Of a stretch of DNA of 64,000 bases, positions 29,548 through 38,512 are shown piece after piece. Under the pieces are notes generated by a model. That model saw nothing but the letters and a program-made list of their open reading frames with translations. It did no database searches and had not been told where the DNA came from. Position 1 is the stretch's first letter; the number at the start of each line of letters is the position of its first letter. The position numbers and the translations under genes are program-made. The stretch spans positions 75,560-139,559 of the forward strand of contig JAPPHT010000056.1 of the NCBI GenBank assembly GCA_028874795.1. Reading direction: 5' to 3'. This DNA is from Chloroflexota bacterium. GTDB lineage: Bacteria > Chloroflexota > Dehalococcoidia > Lucifugimonadales > Australimonadaceae.

Positions 29548-30315
29548 ATGCGGACCAACACCACCAAGGCCAGACTCAGCGAGGGCGACGTCGTCTTCGG
29601 GGGCATCGTCACCCGCTACGCTCCCGACATGGTGGAGATCCTCGGCGCCCTCGGTTACGACTTCGTGATGATCGACTGCGAGCACGGCCCCGCTACCCTG
29701 GACCAGGTCGAGCACATGGTCCGCGCAGCTGAATCTTTCGGCATCACTCCTCTCGCCCGCATCCCCGACCACTCCGAGCACACCATCCTCCGCTTCCTCG
29801 ACTGCGGCGTCCAGGGGATCATCGTCCCCCACGTCAACACCGGAGAGCAGGCCGCCGCCGTAGCCCGGGCCGCGCGTTACCACCCTGACGGCTACCGGGG
29901 AATGGCCGGCGGCCGCGCCCACAACTACGGCATCGGCGTCTCGCGAGGCGAGTCGACGGCCTGGATCAACTCCCAGGTGCTGGTGATCCCGATGGTCGAG
30001 GACATCGAGGCCGTCGGCAACCTGGACGACATCCTGCAGGTCGCCGGCGCCGACGTTCTCCACGTGGCGGCGTCCGACCTGGGCCAGAGCCTGGGCAATC
30101 CCGGCGAGGCCGAGGTCCGCCGGGTGATGGGCGACGTCATCCCACGGATCCGGGCCGGCGGCAAGGCTGCCGGGGTGGGCGGGAACAATCCCGCCGACAC
30201 CGCCGGGGTCGCCGAGTTCATCAGGCAGGGGGCGAACTTCGTGACCGTTTCCGCCTGGGGACTGCTCCGCATCGGCGCCGAGGACTTCCTGCGGAAGGTC
30301 AAGGCAGAGCTGTAG
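29548..30315 (+). CDS. HpcH/HpaI aldolase family protein
   Basis: GYDFVMIDCEHG, LDCG.QGIIVPHV, MVE, DL..SLG. Confidence 0.9.
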   Translation: MRTNTTKARLSEGDVVFGGIVTRYAPDMVEILGALGYDFVMIDCEHGPATLDQVEHMVRAAESFGITPLARIPDHSEHTILRFLDCGVQGIIVPHVNTGEQAAAVARAARYHPDGYRGMAGGRAHNYGIGVSRGESTAWINSQVLVIPMVEDIEAVGNLDDILQVAGADVLHVAASDLGQSLGNPGEAEVRRVMGDVIPRIRAGGKAAGVGGNNPADTAGVAEFIRQGANFVTVSAWGLLRIGAEDFLRKVKAEL

Positions 30316-30417
30316 AGCCGTTGGGGCAACTCCAACCCGCGCCCTGACGCGTATACTCCCCGCACGCCCCAGCCCTCTATGAGGGACGACTTGGCGCGGA
30401 GTGACAAGGAGCGGACC

Positions 30418-31368
30418 ATGACCAGCCTCATCACCGGTGCGGGACTCGTTGGCACGTCGTATGCGAGAGAGGCCGTCGCGCAGGGAGACCCCGTCGTCTT
30501 CTACGACGTGCGCCCGGACGCGGACTACATCAACGTGAAGCTCGACGGCGGGCCGTACGAGGCCGTGCAGGGCGACCTGCGCGACCTGCCCGCGCTCGTG
30601 ACCGCGATGCAGCAACACCGGCCTGAGGTCGTCGTACACACGGCGGGACTCATCGGCAACAGCGTCGGCAGCCCGGTCTACACCGGTATGCAGATCAACG
30701 TGCAGGGCACCATCAACGTCCTGGAGGCGGCGCGGCTCACCGGCGTCAAGCGGTTCATCCACGTCAGCACCTACGGCGTCTACGACCGCCGCGCCGAGGC
30801 CGGTGGGACGATCTCGGAGAGCTACCAGCGCGCGGGCGGCGGCAACCCCTACTCCGCGTCCAAGGTGGCGAACGAGCACATCGCCGAGGCGTACGCCACG
30901 TACTACGGCTTCGAGCTCGTCTTCGTCCGCCCTTCCAACGTATTCGGCTACAACCACTTCCGGGGCGGCTCCGGAGGCGGCATGACGGTCCACAGCGTCG
31001 TCGAGGCCGGGTTCACCGGTCAGCCGCTGGTCGTGCCCGCGATCCGCGGCCGCGCGTTCGAGTACGTCTACGGCAAGGACCTGGGGCGTCTCATCCGCCG
31101 CGCCGCGGGCATCCCCATCTCCGGCGTCACGGCGTTCAACGGCGGCAACGGCTACATCACCACGTTCGAGGAGCTGGTAGAGGCGGTGCGAGCGGTGTTC
31201 CCGGACCTCGACGTGACCGTCGCCCCGCCGGACCGGCCCATCCCCGACGCGAATGCGCCGCTCGACATCTCCAACGCCAAGGCCCTGCTCGACTGGCAGC
31301 CGGAGTACTCGGTGCAGGAGGCGTTCGCCGATTACGTCGAGGAGATGCGCCGCGCCGAAGGGCGGTAA
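30418..31368 (+). CDS. NAD-dependent epimerase/dehydratase
   Basis: LITGAGLVG, NVQGTINVLEAAR, YSASK. Confidence 0.88.
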   Translation: MTSLITGAGLVGTSYAREAVAQGDPVVFYDVRPDADYINVKLDGGPYEAVQGDLRDLPALVTAMQQHRPEVVVHTAGLIGNSVGSPVYTGMQINVQGTINVLEAARLTGVKRFIHVSTYGVYDRRAEAGGTISESYQRAGGGNPYSASKVANEHIAEAYATYYGFELVFVRPSNVFGYNHFRGGSGGGMTVHSVVEAGFTGQPLVVPAIRGRAFEYVYGKDLGRLIRRAAGIPISGVTAFNGGNGYITTFEELVEAVRAVFPDLDVTVAPPDRPIPDANAPLDISNAKALLDWQPEYSVQEAFADYVEEMRRAEGR

Positions 31369-31401
31369 GGGCAACTCCGTCGTTCCCATGAAACGGCACC
31401 C

Positions 31402-31535
31402 GTCATTCCCGCACAGGCGGGAATCCAGAGTGACCGGGCAGGTCACGCGGTGGGGTTGGTGGGATGGGGAAGTCGTGCTGAGTGCGGCGCCCCACTACGG
31501 CAGCGACCTCACTTTTCATTCCCTTACACGGCCTG
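31402..31535 (+). repeat. Extended REP-like element, direct repeat with 32779-32924
   Basis: TTCCCGCACAGGCGGGAATCCAG...GGTGGGATGGGG...CATTCCCTT.CACGGCC shared by both copies. Confidence 0.7.
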
Positions 31536-31578
31536 ACAAGGCCATGGACCATTCCTGCTGTAGGCGGGAACTTGCCCC

Positions 31579-32628
31579 CTACAGCCCGTACAGCCGCTTC
31601 GGGTTGTCGTAGAGGATCTTGCGCGTGCTGGCCTCGGACACCTTGCCCTGGTCGCGGAGCTTGCTGAGCGCGTCGATCTCCGCGGTCGTGTCCGCGTGGC
31701 CGTAGTCCGTGCCGATGACCAGGTGGTCGTCGCCGACCCGGTCGATGACGTAGCCGAGGTCGTCGATCGTCTGACAGCCGACGTAGAGCCGGTACTCCTC
31801 CATGAGCTGCGCGTCATGAGGGACGGTGCGGTCGGCGAACCGGCGCGTGCGGAGCACGAGGTCGTTCATCACGTAGGGCAGCCACTGCGACGTGACCTCG
31901 ATGAACGCCCAGCGGAGGTCCGGGAACCTCTCCGGTACGCGGTGCAGGACGAGATCGCTGAACGCGCCAACGGTGGGGAACTTGAAGGTCGGCAGGCCGA
32001 ACGAGCGGTCGAGCAGGTCCATGTTGTGGAACTGCCCGGCGGCGGCGTGGACGGCGATGGGCAGGTCCAGCTTCTGCGCCTCCTCGTAGACCGGGAAGAA
32101 GTACGGGTCGGAGATCATGAGGTTGTGCTCGTGGCCGCGGAAGAAGACGGCGCACGCGCCGTGCTCTTTGCCGAAATGGACCTCCTCGATGGCCCTGTCC
32201 ATGTTCATCAGCGGAGGGATGACCGCCCAGCGCAGGCGTCCGCCGCCCTGCTCCCAGACGTCGGCGAGCCAGCGGTTGTAGGCGCGGGAGATGGCGTAGT
32301 CCGTGTCGGCGTGGTTCGTGAGCGGGCGCAGGAACATGGTGGGATAGAGGATGTGGACGTCCACGCCGAGTTCGTCCATGTGATCGAGCCGCGCCTTGAT
32401 GTCGGCGGCCTCGCGCGCGGCGGTGGGGAACTCCGGCCCGACATTCTGGTTCATGCGCCAGGCACGGCCTTCCAGGAACCAGTACCTGTCCGTATTCGCG
32501 CCGTCCTCCCGGACGAGCACGATGGGCCGGAACCGGGCGTCCTCCTCCCGCATGAAATCGAACGTTCGCGGTGTCTCGATGACGTGGCAGTCGGCGTCGA
32601 TGACCTGTGTGCGAACGGCGGTAGCCAT
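31579..32628 (-). CDS. Amidohydrolase family 2 protein
   Basis: IDADCHVIE, RAYNRW, AVH, FIE, GTDYGHAD; start MATAVR. Confidence 0.9.
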   Translation of the reverse strand: MATAVRTQVIDADCHVIETPRTFDFMREEDARFRPIVLVREDGANTDRYWFLEGRAWRMNQNVGPEFPTAAREAADIKARLDHMDELGVDVHILYPTMFLRPLTNHADTDYAISRAYNRWLADVWEQGGGRLRWAVIPPLMNMDRAIEEVHFGKEHGACAVFFRGHEHNLMISDPYFFPVYEEAQKLDLPIAVHAAAGQFHNMDLLDRSFGLPTFKFPTVGAFSDLVLHRVPERFPDLRWAFIEVTSQWLPYVMNDLVLRTRRFADRTVPHDAQLMEEYRLYVGCQTIDDLGYVIDRVGDDHLVIGTDYGHADTTAEIDALSKLRDQGKVSEASTRKILYDNPKRLYGL

Positions 32629-32778
32629 GGCGGGCCTCCCCCACTGCGCGATGTGGCGCAAGCCTACTACAGAGTCAACAGGGATAGACAGGATGGACAG
32701 GGTGGGCCTTATGGCGCTGGCCTGGTGCGTGTTTGGGGAGTCTTCCTGAGCATGAACATCGATACACGGGATAGCCTC

Positions 32779-32924
32779 GTCGTTCCCGCACAGGCGGGAA
32801 TCCAGTGTGCGCGGGCAGCGCACGCGGGGTGGGGTCGGTGGGATGGGGGATGTTCCATGCAAAGCGGCGGGGCTGCCGATGGACAGCCTCTGGTCCCCCA
32901 TTCACATTCCCTTGCACGGCCCGA
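32779..32924 (+). repeat. Extended REP-like element
   Basis: Second copy of 31402-31535. Confidence 0.7.
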
Positions 32925-32945
32925 TGGGGCTACAGACCATTCTCC

Positions 32946-33116
32946 GTTGAGGACAAGGTAATCGTCGAACTCAAGGCAGTGAAGGCCCTGGCCGCTGAGC
33001 ACCAGCCGCAGGTGATCAACTACCTCCAAGCCACAGGGACAGAGGTTGGACTGCTTCTGAACTTCGGGTGTCCCCGGCTTGAATGCAGGCGTCTCCCGCG
33101 AACGAGGTCCCGATGA
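32946..33116 (+). pseudogene. C-terminal fragment of a GxxExxY (PD-(D/E)xK) protein
   Basis: [36 protein letters not shown]; N-terminal half absent; flanked by ACAGGAT/ATCCTG repeats in opposite orientations. Confidence 0.85.
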
Positions 33117-33258
33117 GGTACTCACCATCCTGGCCGTTCTGTGTATCGATGTTGATACTCAGGAAGGGTGGTGTGAACGCGCAATGGGGCAATGCCGCAG
33201 GCAACGTTGCTCGCGGAGCCTCACCATCATGTTCATCCTGTCCGTCGATGTTCAATGT

Positions 33259-34713
33259 TCAGGAAGATGGCGCCGGGCCGGCCTTCTCCTCGCCCGCGGC
33301 GACCCCGCGAGCGTTGGCCTCTTCCTCCGAGAGGCCTTCCTGCCGGGCCTGCGTGTAGGCCTGCTCGTAGGCCCGCGCGTACTCGATGGCGTTGTCGTGG
33401 TCCCTGCCCGCGAACTCGCCGTCCGCGTGGGCGGCGGAGTAGACGTGCGCCCGCTCCTGGTTCCAGCCCTCCTCGAACCGCTTCTCGTAGTACGTGAGGT
33501 GGTAGCGCCAGGCGTAACGAGCATACTCGGGCCATTCATAACCAAGCTACAGCGCACGATGCACTCCCAGGTAGTAGGCGTTCGCTTCTTCGTAGGCCTC
33601 CTGGTCGGGGAGGCCCAGCTCCACCTTCGTGGTGGCGAACACCTGGGCGTATGTGTGGGCTTCCCGGTACGGGTCCTCCCACCGCAGGGTGATCGCCCGG
33701 CTGTGCGCGTCCACGTACGCCGTGGCGAACGCCGCAGTCCAACTCAGGATCTGGCGCTCTTCGATATCGCCCCGGCTCTGCCACCGTTTCGCGTCAACGT
33801 AGCCGTGGCGGTAGGCGATCGCATAGAGGAGGCGCTCGCGCGTCGCCGAGTGGCCTCCATACGGGCGGGAGCGTTCGTAGCCGTCAACGAAGATGTCGGA
33901 CAGCTCAGGTCCCTCCTCGTCGGAGACATCGTCGTCGATGCGGTAGCCGGCGAAGACGGAGGCGTACGCATGTGCGCCGATCCGGCTGGCGTCGCTGCGG
34001 GTAAACGCTTCCGCGTAGTCCACCGCGTACGTCGTTGCCGAAGGGTCCTCGTTGAACGGCCAGTGCTCCGAGTTCTTCCGGGCGGCCTCGCTTGCGCGGC
34101 CGAGCGCCAGGGCGATCGGGACCGATTCCCCGACTGCCTGCGCAAAGGCCGCCTCGTAGTCGGGTGTGAAGTCCGGTAGGTCCGCCGGCACATGGACGTC
34201 TATGCTGGTGCCAACGTAGAAGTGATACAGGTAGCCGGCGGCGTAGTCCTGCGCATCGGCGTCGTTCAGTCCCAGGGCCTTCGCAGCCGCGAACGCCCCG
34301 GCGAAGATATCCACGTTCTTCCCGGTCAGGTCCTCGTCAGCGGCGTACGTGATGCCCTCCGAGTACCCCTCAGGGAGCGGCGTCGGCGTTGCGGTCGGCG
34401 CGGGCAGTGGCGTGGCGGTCGGAGGGGCTGGCGTCGGTGTGGCCGTGGGCTCGGGGACCGGCGTCGCCGTTGCCGTCGGAGCAGGCGCGCGCGTCGGTGT
34501 CGCGGTCGGCAACGGCGTAGGAGTAGGCGTGAGGGTTGGAGTCGCCGTCGGCATGGGCGTTGAAGTGGGGGCGGGCGCCGGAGTAAGGGTCGCCGTTGCT
34601 GTCGGCGCCGGAGGCGGGGCCTGGGTCGGAGTAGGGTCGCCGCCGTTGCAGGCGTTGAGCAGGAGCGCGGCGGACAGCGCCGCTGCGAGGAACAAGCCGA
34701 GCCGTCGTTGCAT
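33259..34713 (-). CDS. Pro/Thr-linker lipoprotein with Ala/Tyr-rich helical repeats, interrupted by in-frame TAG at 33547-33549
   Basis: MQRRLGLFLAAALSAALLLNAC lipobox-like signal; same frame continues 95 codons after TAG with the same YA..Y pattern. Confidence 0.75.
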
Positions 34714-34741
34714 GTGTCGTCTGCCCTTCGTCGTTGAAGAC

Positions 34742-34816
34742 TGGTCGGGGCGGCCAGGATCGAACTGGCGACCTCCTGCTCCCAAAGCAGGCGCGCTTCC
34801 GCTGCGCTACGCCCCG
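34742..34816 (-). tRNA. tRNA-Pro(TGG)
   Basis: CGGGGCG acceptor stem, CCTGC-TTTGGGA-GCAGG anticodon arm, GTTCGATC T-loop, encoded CCA. Confidence 0.95.
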
Positions 34817-35264
34817 GCGTGCTTCCAGTTTATCAGCACCTGCCCGTGCTCAGAGGAGACGGGGCGGCTGCGGGATCACGCTTGTGGACTGTCGCTGCGA
34901 CACGAGCCCCTTTCGCGGTCGCAGTCCTGCCGCCTACGCTGTCCTCGTCCCTTCGCTACCCAGCGGCGGTCTTCGATGAGGAAGGGTGGTTCAGGAGAAA
35001 AATGAGAAGGATTGAGAAGAAATGAGACACTTTTTTCGTTGCAGGATCGTCGCTGAGAGTGGGACAGGGGCCTCCACTCGGGGAGGTTGGTGTTCGTTCG
35101 GCGCTCGAACCCGCTCGCGACACGCAGTGGGAACGCTCACAACGTGCCGGAATGATGCTCAGACCGACCCCATGCCCGACCCTTCGGATATGTGACATCT
35201 GCCCGTTGTGCAGACGAATCACTCCTCCTTACCCTGAATGGAAACCACGGAGGAGGGACAGCAG

Positions 35265-35672
35265 ATGAATAACACGTTCAGTGGCATGGTCAGGAAGGAC
35301 AGCGGTCTCAGCCACCGGCAGGCGGCCGCGCTCCCCTACATCGCATCGGAGCCCACGCTCGCGCGGGGAGCGAACGCCGCTCAGATCGCGCGAAGCACCC
35401 TGGCGCGGTGGATGCGGGATCCCGCCTTCCGCGCGGAGCTGGAGTACATCCGCAACAACATGGCGGACCTCGCATTCGCCGAGCTGGAAGGGCTTGCGCT
35501 CAAGAGCGTCATCCGCTTGGCGGAACTGCTCGAGAGCGAGAACGAGAACGTGGCGCACCGTGCGCTGAAGACCGCAGTGGCCACCACCCAGACCCTCAGG
35601 GAGCAGCGCGCGCTCCGTCACAGGCTCGACCTGCTGGAGAACGCCCAGGTCATGATGAGGCAACAGCGATGA
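35265..35672 (+). CDS. HTH protein resembling phage terminase small-subunit / phBC6A51-type HTH
   Basis: LSHRQAAAL...AAQIARSTLARWMRDPAFRAEL then helical body (LAELLESENENV..RA); GGAGG RBS. Confidence 0.65.
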   Translation: MNNTFSGMVRKDSGLSHRQAAALPYIASEPTLARGANAAQIARSTLARWMRDPAFRAELEYIRNNMADLAFAELEGLALKSVIRLAELLESENENVAHRALKTAVATTQTLREQRALRHRLDLLENAQVMMRQQR

Positions 35673-36043
35673 GGACCTCCGCCAGGGGACTCGAACGCTA
35701 CTACGGATGCCTGCTCGCCCAGGCCGCGCTCCAACCCATCGCCGAGGACTACGTCGACCGCTGGATGGACGCCGTCGAGCGCGACGACTACCCGCCCGAC
35801 ATCGCTGAACTCTTCGAAGCCGCGGCAGCGGAGCGCGTCCCCGTCCTCAGCCCGATCCCCATCCAAGCCTACCTCCGCCAGTGCCTCAAGACCGGGCGCA
35901 TCCCGGACGAGACCCGCATCGTCCAGGCCATCGCCCACGCCTACGCTGAAGGAGACCTGATGAGGGTGGGCGAGACCTGCCGCTGCCCGGCCCGCCGTCC
36001 CCTCTTCCAGCGCCCCCGGCGTAACGGCTTCCAGGGGGATTAG
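35669..36043 (+). CDS. Hypothetical protein translationally coupled to the HTH gene
   Basis: ATGA overlap; MRTSARGLERYYGCLL...CRCP; high-GC3 codon usage. Confidence 0.65.
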   Translation: MRTSARGLERYYGCLLAQAALQPIAEDYVDRWMDAVERDDYPPDIAELFEAAAAERVPVLSPIPIQAYLRQCLKTGRIPDETRIVQAIAHAYAEGDLMRVGETCRCPARRPLFQRPRRNGFQGD

Positions 36044-36104
36044 CACACACCTCTCCTTGGGGCGAAAGGGCTTGCGTCGTTGCGCAGAGTATGATATTCG
36101 TTCG

Positions 36105-36116
36105 GAACATTAGTTC
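36105..36116 (+). promoter_or_regulatory. LexA (DinR-type) SOS box GAAC-ATTA-GTTC
   Basis: Exact GAAC-N4-GTTC, 19 nt upstream of a DNA-repair radical SAM gene. Confidence 0.8.
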
Positions 36117-36135
36117 TATCCAGGGGAGGTCAGTC

Positions 36136-37539
36136 ATGCTCATCCAGCGCGCTCCGGACGTGTACGAGAAGCTGCGCCACCTCGGCGGTATGGCGACCGA
36201 CGACGTGCTCTCACCCGCCGAGCGTTCGGATGGAATGGCGCGTCCGGGCGAGGGCTGGGAGAGCGTCGGGCCACGCGGCGGAGTCACGCCGCACGCTGGC
36301 GTCTACAGGGCCGCGATGCCGAATGGCAAGCGGATCTCACTCATGCGTGTGATGTTCACGGACCACTGCATCATGGACTGCCACTACTGCCCGAACTCCT
36401 ACTGGGTGCCTCGAAGGCGCTACGGCTTCAAGGTGGACGAACTGGCGCGTCTGTTCGACGAGATGCGCAGCCGACATCTGGTTGAGGGGCTCTTCTTGAG
36501 CTCCGGCATCTTCAAGGACCCCAACGCAACCCAGGAGCGACTGCTGGACGTGGTGGAAGCGGTGCGCTCACGCTACGGCTTTCGGGGATACGTGCATCTG
36601 AAGGTGATGCCCGGCACGAACGACGAGGCGTTGATCGAACAGAGCCAGCGCCTCGGCGCGCGGCTGTCCGTGAACATGGAGGCCCCTTCCGCCGAGCACC
36701 TGCGGAAGCTCAGCGCGATGAAAGACTTCGACAACGGCATCCTCGCGCCCATGAGACGCATCAGCGAACTCATGCAGGAGCGCTACGGCGGCGCGGTCGG
36801 CCAGGCCACGCAGCTCGTCGTTGGCGCCGCCGACGAGTCTGACTGGGACATCTACACGCGGGTGCGGACCCTCTATGGCGACTACGGATTCAAGCGCGTC
36901 TACTACTCGGCGTTCCGCCCCGTGAAACACACGCCGCTGGAGGAACACCCCGCAACTCCGCCCGTGCGCGAGCACCGCCTGTACCAACTGGACTGGCTCT
37001 CCCGCATCTACGGCTACGAGGCGGAGGAGCTGCGCCCTGCCTTCGACCCGGGAGGATTCCTCGAACTGCGCGCCGACCCCAAGCTGATGATCGCGGTGAA
37101 CGACTTCGAGCGGTTCCCGGTTGACGTGAACAGGGCGAGCGAGCAGGACCTGTTGCGCGTCCCCGGTGTCGGGCCGCTGGCGGCGAGCCGCATCGTGAAG
37201 CAGCGCGCGCAGCACTCCATAACACGGCGCCAGGAGCTGCAGGCGATGGGCGTGGTGCTGAAACGCGCCATGCCCTTCCTGCGGTTCCCGGGGCACACGC
37301 CCGCGCCGGCAACGCAGGGCGAACTGCCCCTCTTCCCTCTTTCCCGTCATTCCCGCGAACCTTCTCATCATTCCCGCGAACTCTCTCGTCATTCCCGCGA
37401 ACTCTCTCGTCATTCCCGCGAAGGCGGGAACCCAGCAGCCCCCTCCTCGCGACGGACGGTGGACCTGCACGCCGCGCACGCGGCCTCGGGCTGCGCGTCG
37501 TGTCCACTCAACCCCGGCACATGCGGGATGGCTGCGTAG
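36136..37539 (+). CDS. Putative DNA modification/repair radical SAM protein with HhH motif
   Basis: CIMDCHYC, EGLFLSSG, FRGYVHLK, RVYYSAF, REHRLYQ.DWL.R.YG, LLRVPGVG; GGGAGGT RBS. Confidence 0.9.
   Translation: MLIQRAPDVYEKLRHLGGMATDDVLSPAERSDGMARPGEGWESVGPRGGVTPHAGVYRAAMPNGKRISLMRVMFTDHCIMDCHYCPNSYWVPRRRYGFKVDELARLFDEMRSRHLVEGLFLSSGIFKDPNATQERLLDVVEAVRSRYGFRGYVHLKVMPGTNDEALIEQSQRLGARLSVNMEAPSAEHLRKLSAMKDFDNGILAPMRRISELMQERYGGAVGQATQLVVGAADESDWDIYTRVRTLYGDYGFKRVYYSAFRPVKHTPLEEHPATPPVREHRLYQLDWLSRIYGYEAEELRPAFDPGGFLELRADPKLMIAVNDFERFPVDVNRASEQDLLRVPGVGPLAASRIVKQRAQHSITRRQELQAMGVVLKRAMPFLRFPGHTPAPATQGELPLFPLSRHSREPSHHSRELSRHSRELSRHSREGGNPAAPSSRRTVDLHAAHAASGCASCPLNPGTCGMAA
37339..37433 (+). repeat. 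4 x 21-bp tandem REP half-units plus a closing arm, in frame within the CDS
   Basis: CTCTCTCGTCATTCCCGCGAA-like x4 then GGCGGGAACCC, translating as (LSRHSRE)x4-GGNP. Confidence 0.85.
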
Positions 37540-37618
37540 ACGCCGCGGTTGGAGCGAAGCCTCGCGCCGGTCCCGGGAGTGCTACTATCCGCGCGAACGA
37601 GCGAGGCGAACGGGAACG

Positions 37619-38080
37619 ATGCTCAGAGTCGGCACACAGGCCCCCGACTTCACGCTGCCGCTCAACAACGGCAACCTCTTCACGCTCTCAGAGCAGCGCG
37701 GACGGAACGTGGTGCTCTTCTTCTTTCCCCGCGCCGGCACCAGGGGGTGAACCTGGGAGGCCGCGGAGTTCCGCGACAAGCACGAACGCATCGCCGGAGC
37801 GGACGCAGCCGTTGTCGGCATCAGCACGGACGGCAGCGATGCGCTGGCCGACTTCGCGCAGACCCTCGCCCTGCCCTACAGCCTGGCGTCCGACCGCTCC
37901 GGCGAGGTGCGGCGTCTCTACGACGTCCGGCGCCGGTTCGGGCTCGGCACCTCCCGCTTCACCTACGTCGTCGACGACGCCGGCGTGATCCGGAGCGTGT
38001 ACCACAACGAGTTCGTGATGAGGAGCCACGCCGACAACGCGCTCGAGGCGCTGGAAGCGCTCCGCAACGGGCGGGCATAA
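37619..38080 (+). CDS. bcp: Selenocysteine-containing peroxiredoxin (BCP/PrxQ family); TGA 37748-37750 is at the peroxidatic position
   Basis: MLRVGTQAPDFTL...VVLFFFPRAGTRG-U-TWEAAEFRD...VVGISTD...LASD...RFTYVVD; PxxxTxxC motif with TGA at C. Confidence 0.85.
37762..37775 (+). other. Candidate bacterial SECIS apical hairpin
   Basis: CGCGG-AGTT-CCGCG starts 11 nt after UGA and has G in the loop. Confidence 0.6.
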
Positions 38081-38216
38081 CCATGCTTCCGGGGCGACGG
38101 CACACCCTCTCTCTCGGCTCTGCGATTGCATTCATTCGCATGTGTCAGTACGCTGTTGCCAGAGCCGATATCATGGGATACCGTAGTATCAGGCATTCGA
38201 GCAGGGAGCACGAAGC

Positions 38217-38498
38217 GTGACGACGACACCTCCTCCGGCAGAAGACGTACCCCGCTACTTCCACGACTACGCGCTGGAGAACGAGCGCCAGCACAGAGAA
38301 CTGGCCACAGCCATCGCCAAGTCCGAAGGCGAACTGAAGACGGCTATCGCCAGGTCAAGAGGCGATTTGGAGACCGCCATCGCAGACCTAAGGGGCGAAA
38401 TCCATCAGATCGAGAACCGGTTGCTCTGGCGGATACTGGGCGGGGTTGTCGTCGCCGTCGGCCTCGGCACCGCGGTAGACAGGTTGCTCGGCGGCTAG
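38217..38498 (+). CDS. Small coiled-coil/C-terminal TM protein
   Basis: Shares PAEDVPRYFHDYALENERQH with 8625-8848; 11-residue TAIA repeats. Confidence 0.75.
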   Translation: MTTTPPPAEDVPRYFHDYALENERQHRELATAIAKSEGELKTAIARSRGDLETAIADLRGEIHQIENRLLWRILGGVVVAVGLGTAVDRLLGG

Positions 38499-38512
38499 GG
38501 TATCATCGCCCC

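Noticed and set aside
33547-33549. Pyrrolysine codon
   Set aside because: Not a methylamine methyltransferase context, no pyl genes visible, and other genes here use TAG as a normal stop
34714-34785. N-terminal extension of ORF 33547..34785
   Set aside because: It runs through the tRNA-Pro gene; the signal peptide starts at ATG 34713
34742-34816. tRNA-anchored integrative element
   Set aside because: I saw no duplicate of the tRNA 3' end and no integrase in the window (visual check only)
37339-37433. Possible CRISPR array
   Set aside because: 21-nt tandem units with no spacers, in frame inside a CDS and derived from a REP palindrome
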